Assembly: GCF_006345805.1 (NCBI RefSeq)
Contig: NC_042998.1
Location: forward strand, 118,730,001-118,794,000
Reading direction: 5' to 3'
Length of the DNA: 64,000 nt
From: Octopus sinensis
Lineage: Eukaryota
Part shown: positions 41,151 through 52,168 of the stretch, in pieces
Layout: each line of letters starts with the position of its first letter
Position numbering within the stretch: the stretch's first letter is position 1
Program-made: the position numbers and the translations under genes
Notes under the pieces: model-generated
The model's database searches: none
What the model saw: the letters and a program-made list of their open reading frames with translations, nothing else
Told to the model about the DNA's origin: nothing

Positions 41151-42471
41151 ACTATCCACTGGCATTTTGAGTATGATCAAATAAATATGCAGATAAGTAC
41201 ATAGCCACAACCTCAGATCTTACAAATATGCATAACGTACAGAAAATTGAACTGTTACGCACCGTACACAAACTACCGACAGTAATTTCAATGGAGTGCA
41301 AGTAACAAAACCGAAACAAAACACAGCGCGTACACAAGACACAGATTTGCGCTTGGTAGTACAGTGAAAGCACGCAATAAAACTAATACAAATAAATGAT
41401 AATGATGATTTAAAAGAATATATGACAACAATATTAAAATTGCATTTTCTAACAAGAAGGAATAATAAAATACAATATATTCGTAACAATAGAAACATGA
41501 AAAATAATTTTATTATAGTAGAATTATAATAGAATTATGGAAACTTTGAATAATATAGAAATAGTGAATTGAAATGCTGCTTTTGTCCACTTTATTGTAA
41601 AGACATGTAATGGGAGAGGAAGAGAAGTGACAGAACGAGATTAATAATAGAAGCCCATATGCATGGATGAAAAGAGGAAATCGTGAGAGAAAACAGATTA
41701 AATAAAGACGTTATCATTGGTGTATACAACGAAATAAAAGCATACAATTTTGGAAGGGATACTTTGAATTACCGATAAACTCCCATAATATAATGGTATT
41801 AAAACTAAAGATAAAACAGGAAGTAAATTTGCTTTTATAAGTGGAGAAAGTTACAAAGGGAACATTATCAAGCATATAGATATCTATTTAGTGATTTAAA
41901 TTCCAACAGAGATGTGTATATATACATACTCACAGATGATTATAAAATACATGCATAATTACATACGAACATACACAGAATCCTATGCTCGGACTGAGAT
42001 ATAATGCAACACATCCGATCCCAGGGCCAGCCATTTCTTTTCCTTGTTTTACACTACTGTCATTTCCATATCATTTACCATTCTTTCTATTATTTTGCTT
42101 TAAATACATCATTCCATTTCTCTTCCGCTGCTTGCATGTTTTCAAACTCTTTCTTCGACTCTCATGATAATTTCCTCTTCACTCAATTTGAGATGACACA
42201 AGAGATAGAAATGAGTTATTAGAATTGCAAATTATTCATTGATGATCATATGTGTATGTGTGTGTGCGCGCGCGTGCGCGTATGTATGTATGTATTTGAC
42301 AAAAGTTTGACTTAGTTCTATATAATCAAGCTCCACTGGACGCGTCCATCTCTTCTGATGTCAAGCGAACCTTCATTCGTTCGTCCACTCCATTGTGTAT
42401 GTATGTATGTATGCATGTATGTATGTATATGTGCATATGCATGTGTATATACATACATATATATATATATA

Positions 42472-42523
<52 letters not shown>

Positions 42524-42524
<1 letters not shown>

Positions 42525-43193
42525 TGTTATATTTCGGAATGGTCATTTTGCCAGTTTAGCCAATAAAAACACACGCACTATATATTTGGTGTTCTTTTGC
42601 TTCACTGTAATTTATTTTTTACATTAATCTTAATCTTATTTCGGCCAGAGTTCTTTCGTCACACTCCTGTGACCGCATCAGTGGTCCTTTGTTTTCTTCT
42701 TTCTTATTTGTGTCTCTCTCTTCTAACCGTCAGCCATTTTGTATGTATGTATTTGACAAAATTTTGACTTAGTTCTATATGATCCAGCTCCACTGGACGC
42801 GTCCATCTCTTCTGATGTCAAGCGAACATTCATTCGTTCGTCCACTCCATTGTGTATGTATGTATGTATGTATGTATGTATGTATGTATGTATGTATGTA
42901 TGTATGCATGTATGTATGTATGTATGTATGTATGTATGTATGTATGTATGTATGAATGTATGTATGTATATGTGCATAGGCATGTGACGGTTAGTAAAGA
43001 GAGACCCAAATAAGAAAGAAGAAAACAAAGGACCACTGATGCGGTCACAGGAGTGTGACGAAAGAACTCTGGCCGAAATAAGATTAAGATTAATGTAAAT
43101 AATAAATAACACTGAAGCAAAATAACACCAAATATATAGTGCGTGTGTTTTTATTGGCTAAACTGGCAAAATGACCATTCTGAAATATAACAA
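42524..43193. mobile_element. Foldback element, family C, second copy (670 bp), within (TA)n
   Basis: Same arms as 35359-35801. HHR-like motifs at 42643-42687 (-) and 43030-43074 (+). The centre differs (extra upstream segment plus (TATG)n). Confidence 0.9.
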
Positions 43194-43238
43194 TAGTATA
43201 TATATATATAGATATATATATATATATATAATATACAC

Positions 43239-43354
<116 letters not shown>

Positions 43355-43504
43355 ATACACACTTTCCTCAAGAATTTTTGAAAATTTTTTGAAAAATTTT
43401 TCCCTACAATTTTAGAAAAATTTTTTGAAAATTCCCTAAAATTTTAGAAAAATTGTTTGAAAATCTTCCCCAAAATTTTTGAAAAATTTTTTGAAAATTT
43501 TTTG

Positions 43505-43747
43505 AAAGTTTTCTCTCGTGGTGTGCGTCCTTTGAAATACAAAAGCCGGATCACTGCCCGACACTCAACAGGCTCCATTTCACACTTGACTCGGTTCAAA
43601 CACCTTTAAATCAGAAACCAAAATTAATTCAGAGCTGTCATTTGTCACTTAATCTATAGAGATATAAATAATTGCACATATAACATTTCAGCTAGATCAA
43701 ACAACTGTAAGAGGGTCAGGGGCATTACTTATTGAACGTCCCTCGTA
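43505..43747 (-). mobile_element. Mariner 5' fragment (TIR plus start of the transposase)
   Basis: TA-CGAGGGACGTTCAATAAGTAATGCCC TIR; an ATG at 43578 gives MEPVECRAVIRLLYFKGRTPRE, which then runs into a TTTTCAAAAA-type low-complexity tract. Confidence 0.8.
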
Positions 43748-43759
43748 TATATATATATA

Positions 43760-44800
43760 TAACTCTGGCTGCATTTGTAACACGTCAGGTGCCTTCACAC
43801 AATCCTAGGCTGTGCCCACGTAGTGCCCACAAGCTAAAAACAGGACAATATGATGAGGCTGAAAACGAGGAAAGGCAAAAAGGAAGTAGATGTAAAAGGT
43901 GAAAAGTTGATAAACCGAAAAGTGATAAAGAAAACAGAAAAAAAGGCATGAGGGTGGGAAGAATTAGCGTCATCTCTCCTTTGACCGTAAAGTCATAAGG
44001 CACAAAGGTTAATGGCCTAGTGTCTTCGGTACAGCTGCTCAATCCTGAGAGGGTTGTACTTTTTAATTGCTAACAGGAACTTATCCATATTCTTACAACT
44101 GCTGAAAATTTGTAATCTGGAATTCAGCGGTGCGGTAGAGTTCCTAGATCTGAAAAGGAACTGAGATCTTTCACTGGAGTATAGATTACATTCTTTTGAT
44201 CCGATGACATATGGTGTGGACTTTGCAACTATTTTCCACTTTATTGTATGTACTGTGGCGTTAGACTACTATACGTGGCTAGCCAGCTTGGCTTTACTTT
44301 TGTCCCTGTATCGGAAGGAATATATGTGGTTAACATAGTGATTTTTGAAGCCGCCTTCATAGCCCAATGTGTCTCTTTTCGGTTATATTATTATCTAGCG
44401 TTGCTGTATATTCTGCCTCATGTATAAAGGATTTACTCATGCATCCCTGGTCGAGTGGACAGGATTCTGGATCCCGACATTTACAACTGAGAGTAGGATC
44501 TTGGTGGGGTTTGCGTGTAATGATGTTTTTCATATTGGGCCAATAGCTACATGAGAAGATGGAGTGTTTTCGATAAAATCTCTCAAAAAATAAAACCATT
44601 TGCACAAATCTCAGAGAAACTAAATATGAGACCGAAGAGTTTGAGATGGTAAACGTTTTATGCACGGAAGCGCGTTTACAATGTAGCAGAATATGTGCAA
44701 GATATATACCTCATATGGAAAGTAGGAGTATATCAATCCGTTTACCCTATAAAAAAAAATATTATTCTGGGAATGTACTTCTTCATTTTGTGATGCAAGG
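43760..44800 (-). mobile_element. Penelope-like element 3 (GIY-YIG region and 3' region), decayed
   Basis: CSYWPNMKNII..CKCRDPESCPLDQGCMSKS..HIGL; EGGFKNHYVNHIYSFR..KLASHV..IKWKIV..CNL..LNSR. The 3' region ends at (TA)n, about 43747-43760. Confidence 0.9.
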
Positions 44801-45536
44801 GCTGCTTAAAATGTGATTTTAAAAAAGGCAATATTCATGTGGAATATTAAGAAACTAATACGACTAAGCAAGTATCAAGGAAATAGATATGTTTAATGAA
44901 TCCATGCATCTGAAGGAAATATAATCGCACACAATTCAAACGATATGTAACGAATGGAAACCCTATTAATATTAACAATCCTTCAAATGCATCCCACTCA
45001 GAGGCAGCTCTTCCTAGCCACTGAATCAAAGCAAGTTAATACTGAATATTTCATGGAATCACAAATGTAGGTCAATCATGGTGTATTTTTACAAAGCTAA
45101 ACAATATGACTTTCTACTCCATTTAACTTAGAAACCACCACATATGAGGAGGTTTGTGTAAAAACTGTAGATTGTGAGCTGAGCTACAATTTCTTTTTAA
45201 CTCTGTAAAACATTGACTTCCACTTACATACACAAATAAATAAATATACAAACTTATAATCAATTCAGTTCTTAGGGTGAGGAAGAAATGCAATACATCA
45301 ATTGTGGACTCACTGATAATTGTGCAGGGGTTCACCTGAAACAAATTGAAATATGTATTTATTTTTAAGCATTCTTTGCAGCAGTGAATTAAATTCAGAG
45401 TAGATGTACTTGCTAGCTTTACGATATGTATAAACAATGGACTTTAAAAGTAGCTGATATTGTATCTGTCTTCTAGGAAACAACCAGTTATACAATAATA
45501 TTATTAAATGGTAAAACTTTCATAATGAAATCAAAT

Positions 45537-45686
45537 TTACATTATTTACATTTTTACATTTGATGGATATTTGTCCTCATCTTGTTTGTTTTTAACACAA
45601 AGTTTCGGCTGATATACCCTCCAGCCTTCATCAGGTGTCTTGGGGAAATTTCGAACCTGGGTTCTCATTCCTAAGGCATTTTTCGA

Positions 45687-45732
<46 letters not shown>

Positions 45733-45798
45733 GCCTGGAATCGAACTTGGAATCTTGGGGTTAGTAGCCCACGCCCTTAACCACTACGCCATATGCCC
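45537..45798 (-). mobile_element. Chimeric SINE: tRNA-derived head + (AAT)n + HHR-bearing PLE-type tail (family D)
   Basis: Minus strand: A box TGGCGTAGTGG and B box GTTCGATTCC (45733-45798); (AAT)n; ACAC-CTGATGA-A-GGCTG-GAGGGTATAT-CAGCC-GAAAC-TTT-GTGT (45595-45638); tail tgtaaataatgtaaa. Confidence 0.75.
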
Positions 45799-45899
45799 GT
45801 AGCATGCATTGTTAAAGAGGTCTAAACTCAGGAAACATATATACAGTTTTACAGATATGCAGGTATAGAGATATATGCATATACATACATACACAAATA

Positions 45900-45947
<48 letters not shown>

Positions 45948-45949
<2 letters not shown>

Positions 45950-46084
45950 AGGACTTTTTGGGTAATAAAGTAAAGAAAGCCAAGGCTGTATAGATATTAG
46001 AGCATTTATAGATAGAGCATTTATAGATATAAATGCTCTAATATCTATACAGCCTTGGTTTTTTATCTTATTACGCAAAAAGTC

Positions 46085-46125
<41 letters not shown>

Positions 46126-46212
46126 ACTTTTTGCGTAATAAGATAAAAACTATATCTATAAATGCTCTAATATCTATACAGCCTTGGTTTTTTATCGTAT
46201 TACGCAAAAAAT
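45948..46212. repeat. Short foldback (45948-46089) plus a second partial copy (46121-46212), both set in (TA)n
   Basis: taaggactttttg..ccaaggctgtatagatattagagcatttata paired with tataaatgctctaatatctatacagccttgg..caaaaagtcctt. Confidence 0.85.
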
Positions 46213-46378
46213 TCTTATATACACACGCTGACATAGAACCAACGCTGAACCCTTTATTCGCAATATTACCGAATCTGGAACTTAACTATGATCTGTCTAT
46301 AGCACTTATTCACCATTACCTGACACCTTTGGGTCTCAATGACACCACTATCTCTTATAACCTCAACTTCTCGCTACA

Positions 46379-46421
<43 letters not shown>

Positions 46422-46425
<4 letters not shown>

Positions 46426-46560
46426 AGATTTCACGAAAAAACAGAAGACGAAGACAGGTGGTGTAGAAAACAAACAGATGTATTAGTATAACGCTCGGAA
46501 TTGAAAAAGTCTTTAACGTTTCGAACCTACGTTCTTCCACAGAAGGGAACACAAAAAAAG
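46422..46560 (-). mobile_element. Family B HHR-bearing element
   Basis: Minus strand CTT-CTGTGGA-A-GAAC-GTAG-GTTC-GAAAC-GTT-AAAGA (46510-46547); the 3' end abuts (TA)n. Confidence 0.72.
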
Positions 46561-46628
46561 GAGTGAAAAAATTGTGTGGTGGCTACCGATCTATCATATG
46601 TGTATATATGTATATATATGTATATATA

Positions 46629-46700
<72 letters not shown>

Positions 46701-46701
46701 T

Positions 46702-46733
<32 letters not shown>

Positions 46734-46742
46734 AATATATGC

Positions 46743-47452
46743 TTGTGTTTATTTAGTGTGTGTATGTGGGTGGATGCCTGTAATATTGTTTATTCTTATT
46801 TTGTTCATGTGTTTAAATCCACTTATTATTATCATTACATATGCTTGTATGTATGTATGTATGTATGTATAACAACATTACTAGTAATAATAATAATAAA
46901 TCGAATCAATATATATATATATATATATATAGTTATTTATTTCTATTTGTTTATTTATCTGTGTACTTATTATGTTTTCGGGATCCTCTATCGTCATATG
47001 TTGCGGTGTGTGCTAGTGCATACATACAAGCATATGTAACGATAATAATAAGTGGATTTAAACACATGAACAAAATAAGAATAAACAAAAACAACAACAA
47101 AAACAAAATACAAATTACATGAACGTATATAAAGAGAAGATACAAATATTACAGGCATCCACCCACATACACACACTAAATAAACATAGACGCACATAGA
47201 GATATAAGCATGCGCAAATGAAGACATACAATAGAAATACAAAATGGCTGACAGTTAGTAAGGAGAGACACAAATAAGAAAGAAGAAAACAAAGGACCAC
47301 TGATGCGGTCACAGGAGTGTGACGAAAGAACTCTGGACGAAATAAGATTAATATTAATGTAAAAAATAAATAACAATGAAGCAAAATAACACCAAATATA
47401 TAGTGCGTGTGTTTTTATTCGCTAAACTAGCAAACTGACCATTCCGAAATAT

Positions 47453-47457
<5 letters not shown>
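46743..47457 (+). mobile_element. Family C element, third copy, with a rearranged inverted 5' segment
   Basis: Arm 47243-47457 carries the HHR-like motif at 47294-47338 and ends at (TA)n. 46746-46857 is the reverse complement of 47018-47087 joined to 47143-47186. Confidence 0.8.
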
Positions 47458-47526
<69 letters not shown>

Positions 47527-47614
47527 AATTTATTAAGGGTAGAAATTGATATTAATCAATTAAAACCAGTGGCCTAGCATATTAAAAAAATCCGAAGATT
47601 AAACTATTTTTACA

Positions 47615-47869
47615 TACAAAATTTAAAGGAGTGACCACTGAAAGTGGACGGTCAACATGCTAGATATAGACGTCAAAATCGCTATTTTCCACAAAGAATG
47701 TGTTCTCAAATAAGAAAACTCAGCAAAAACCAAAGCATTAAATTTTAATGTTTTGGTTTGTGCTGAGTTTTCTTATTTGAGAACACATTCTTTGTGGAAA
47801 ATAGCGATTTTGACGTCTATACCTAGTATGTTGACCGTCCACTTTTAGTGGTCAGTCCCTTAAATTTTG

Positions 47870-47871
<2 letters not shown>
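47615..47871. repeat. Near-perfect 257-bp palindrome (about 128-bp arms, essentially no spacer), right end at (TA)n
   Basis: tacaaaatttaa..gaccactgaaagtggacggtcaacatgctag..gagaacacattc arms centred on cattaaattttaatg. Confidence 0.92.
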
Positions 47872-47902
<31 letters not shown>

Positions 47903-48736
47903 GCACAAATGCATATATATACACACACATATACATATGCGCACAATGAATATATTAGTTTGGTCTGTGTGAAATGCACGTATACATCTTTACATATATA
48001 AATTTACTTCTGTTGATATATTTTCTCAGATTCTCCGAGATAAATATACTACGTTGATTATCATACGCACATTACACTAAACGATTATGAATATATGGCT
48101 CTATATTTAATCTGAAAATAATTATTAATGCAATTAAATCAGTAGAATATTTTCTGAAATATATCTTCGATGAACATAACCTACTTTGGTTAAAGTTTAT
48201 TTCATCAGCACAATTTATTTGCATATATTATTTTCAGCTATCACATGTAACGATACGGAATTTAAATGCCATTAAAAAGTTATGACTCGTTCTAATTACT
48301 TGTAATAGATCTAGAATATGGTTAATTTTTCCTGTGAAAGAATAAATATAAAATGATGAGTTGCGATTAATGTGATAGAAGACATAAAATAAAAATATTT
48401 CTTCTAAGTATACTTAAATGTCATTCCAACAAAATTAATAAAATGTGGTGTGTATTAACACATTGTATAAGAAAGAAATATACTATGGATTATAATCAGC
48501 GTTGCATACTTCTACTTTAGTATTCATATATTTATCACACTTACATAATGAGTAATATCTATGTTTAAACAGAATTATCTACTTATAATTAAATGTTTCG
48601 TACATCTTATTAGTCTAATCATAAATGTATATATATATGTGTGTGTGTGTATGTGTGTGTGTTTGTGTGTGTGTGTGTTATGTGTATATATATTTATATA
48701 TACATACATATACACACATATATGCATATATATATA

Positions 48737-48770
<34 letters not shown>

Positions 48771-48779
48771 AATGTGACT

Positions 48780-48935
48780 GCGTGTGTATCGTTGGCGATT
48801 TTTTCCTCCGTATTCCCTTCCTTGGATCTTTCCTTTTCCTATGTTTCTGACGAAGAGCTCCGCTCGAAACATCAAATCCTCCTTCTTTCTTTCCTTCCCT
48901 GAGCGGCCATAATAAACAACCTTCTAAATAATACT
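48780..48935 (+). mobile_element. Family A HHR-bearing element
   Basis: GTTT-CTGACGA-A-GAGC-TCC-GCTC-GAAAC-ATC-AAAT (48843-48877); homologous to 28010-28200. Confidence 0.72.
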
Positions 48936-50089
48936 GCTCTGTTTTAGAGTGTGCTCTTTCCGGATATATGAACTACTGAACTACACACGTATGTGTGTGT
49001 GTGTGACACTGAGAGAGAGACAGACAGACAGTTTAGATGGATATATTATCCGGTAACTCTTAGTTATGTTCCAAATTACGGCTAACCATATAGATTAGTA
49101 TTTAACTTTTATGTCTAGAAGGAGTTGTCACTCGAGCTGTAATTCCGTGTTCGCTTCACTGGATGCTAGTATTATCTGGAGTGTATACTGCAACGGTTGT
49201 AACGGTAGACAATATGGAAACTTAGACATCCTCAAAATTAATTTCCTTTTATTTTACAATATCATACAGCATATTTCTATGGTTACAACAACCTACATGT
49301 GTTTCCACTGTACAGAGCATGTGCAGTTGCATATGCAACAGGACGTAATTATCTGTGCAGCTTCATTCAAGGTCTTTCAACCAGCTTTTCTCGGAGCGAA
49401 CGGATTTCAGTTACGTGTTTATTGGTTAGGGTTCAGAAGAAAACTAGTGGCGGTTAGTTTTAATCTGAAATCCAATCTCGTTAGATGGTTGACCACGGCT
49501 TCACGCCAGTTGCTGGCTGAAGTGATTTTATTTATTTAGATCAAAGTTCATTTTACTGTTTTGGCAGGTTTATTTGTGCATTGAAGTAGAGGAGTTCTTG
49601 GGCTCTCAATAAACTTAATTTGAAGTATAGTTCTTGTAATGCATTTTAATTTTGGGTGGTTCTGTCCCATGTTAAGTTCTTAGTCAGAGATTTTCTGGAT
49701 GTCGTGTTTATTATGCTGGGTAATGGCCAGGAAAAGGAATATGTACTAGATTAGTTACGAATAAGGGTATACAGGTGGGGAATTCTGAACATTGGCATCT
49801 CTCATTTCTTTCCCCAAACCCCAAAATTAAAAGACATTACAAGAATTATAATTATGCGTATAAATAGGTAGGTGGAAAATAACACATATAGATATATGTG
49901 TGTGTGCATGTATGTATATATATATATATATATATATATCTCCCCCATCGTCTCCTCTTCCCCCTTCTCCTCCCCCTCTTCTTCCCCTCCCCTTCTCTCC
50001 CCCCTCTTCTCCCCTCCCCCTCTTCTCCTCACTACACCACATGACTTTACACATCACATCACATATGATGTGCCATACTAATACACACA

Positions 50090-50319
50090 CCAACTAATAC
50101 ATACTAATACGTACTAATACATACTAGTACATACTAATACTTACACCAACCCTATACATACACACGTCCAGACCCCGCATACGCACTTATACTCTCTCAC
50201 ACACACACACACACACCTATACATACCAATACGTACTAATACATACTAATACATACTAATACATACACCAACCCCATACATACGCACGTCCAGACCAATC
50301 TTACGCACTAATACTCTCT

Positions 50320-50350
<31 letters not shown>

Positions 50351-50415
50351 CCGTATACATACTAATACATACACCAACCCTATACATACACACATCCAGA
50401 CCCCTCCCACGCACT
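50090..50415. repeat. Degenerate minisatellite (ACTAATACAT units plus three copies of a ccaaccctatacatacacacgtccagacc block)
   Basis: Blocks at about 50140, 50268 and 50375. Confidence 0.7.
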
Positions 50416-50544
50416 TTTAGCTGGTCACTCACCCTTTTATCAACCCTATTATCTCCCCTTATTTCGCTCTCGCGTCTCATGTTTGATCTTTGACCTCTGG
50501 CCGAAATCAGATCGCCATGTGATTCGTTAGCTACTGCACGCATT

Positions 50545-50730
50545 TTTTTTCTCTCCTTCTTTCTGTGTTTTTCTCTCTCTGTGTATCTTTCTGTTGAAGA
50601 GCGTAGGCTCGAAACGTTAAAGACTTGTTTTATTTATATTTCCTGAGCGCCATACTAATACAATTGTTCGTTTGTCTTCCACCTGCCTTCGTCTTTTGTT
50701 TATTTTCATAAAGCTTCCCGTTATATATAT
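50545..50730 (+). mobile_element. Family B HHR-bearing element (best copy)
   Basis: TCTTT-CTGTTGA-A-GAGC-GTAG-GCTC-GAAAC-GTT-AAAGA (50586-50623) with a perfect 5-bp stem I; the 3' tail ends directly at (TA)n. Confidence 0.75.
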
Positions 50731-51661
50731 ATATATATATATTCTTTTGTTCTTTTATTTGTTTCAGCCATTTGACTGCGGCCATGCGGACGCACCACCT
50801 TTAGTCGAGCAAAACGACCCCAGGGTTTTTTTCTTTATAAGCATAGTAGTTAGGCTATCCGTCTCTTTTTGCTGAACTGCTAAATTACGGGGACGTAAAC
50901 ACACCAGTATCGGTTGTCAAGCGATGTTGTGGGGACAAACATAGACACACAAACATACACACAGGCATATACGACTGGCTTCTTTCAGTATCCGTCTATC
51001 AAATCCATTCAAAAGACTTTGGTCGGCTCGAAGACACTTGCCCAATTTGCCACGCTGTGGAACCATGTGGCTGGTAAGCAAGCTACTTACCACACAGCCA
51101 CTCCTATATACATATATACGAAAGCATGTGTATATATACACACACATATAAGAAAGCATACCAAAAGATATATCATAATTTTATAATGTTACTAATTGTA
51201 GGTACCAGAAAGAGTTTTACTCGATTAGACTGACTCACGTACATCTCTAGTACTTTTATTCATCGAGCCTGAAAAGGTGAGGGCAATGATATCATGGACG
51301 TGAAAAGTAAACTAGCGCTAGTTTGCCAAAAGCGAAGAATGTTCTTTTATAGATAGATAGATAACTTTGTTTATTGGTCACACAGGGCTGGACATAGGGG
51401 ACAATTACAAGTGTAGAGCTTTTCTTTTCGCAAATGGAAAAGGAAAAAGAAGAAAAAAAGGAAACAAATGTAAAATTTCGATCAAAAGGGATCGTGTATC
51501 ACAGAAAGAAAAAAATATTCTTTTTTCAAAGTATCAAACAAGATTAGGTTCATCCGTGGGAAGAAAAGCCTACAGAAGAAACCACAGAAACCTCTGGCAG
51601 GGAGGAAATAAACACATGAGAGCAAAGTGCTCTTTCTCTTTCTCTCCTTTACGATTTACAG

Positions 51662-51819
51662 GATCATGCTCAAAGTGGTCTCGTCACTCGCACGCACCAT
51701 CTTTGCTACATTCCTCCACCTTTTTTTTTGAAACTTTCACGATACAAAACCTTCCTCTCCATTCTCACCTGCCTTTTTAAGTGGTACTTGAAAAAGTTGA
51801 TGAGCGATTGGCCAGAGAG
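51662..51819 (+). other. Candidate host exon (158 nt), product unknown
   Basis: Long polypyrimidine tract with tttacag acceptor; GAG|GTAAGT donor; one frame is open throughout. No recognisable homology. Confidence 0.3.
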
Positions 51820-51993
51820 GTAAGTGTTTGTCTCTGATCCTTTCGCTCGAGTCCACCACACACATTCTTTCACCATAGCCACCAGTACGATGAAGACTGC
51901 CTTGCCTTCCCGGTTGAGGGAAGGGGGCGGTGCAATCCTCACGATAGACTCGGTCGACAGGCGGACTCGTCCCACACACATAGATTGATAGAT

Positions 51994-52093
<100 letters not shown>

Positions 52094-52095
52094 AA

Positions 52096-52168
<73 letters not shown>

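Noticed and set aside
45733-45798. Functional tRNA gene
   Set aside because: The acceptor stem is incomplete and it runs into (AAT)n; treated as a SINE head.
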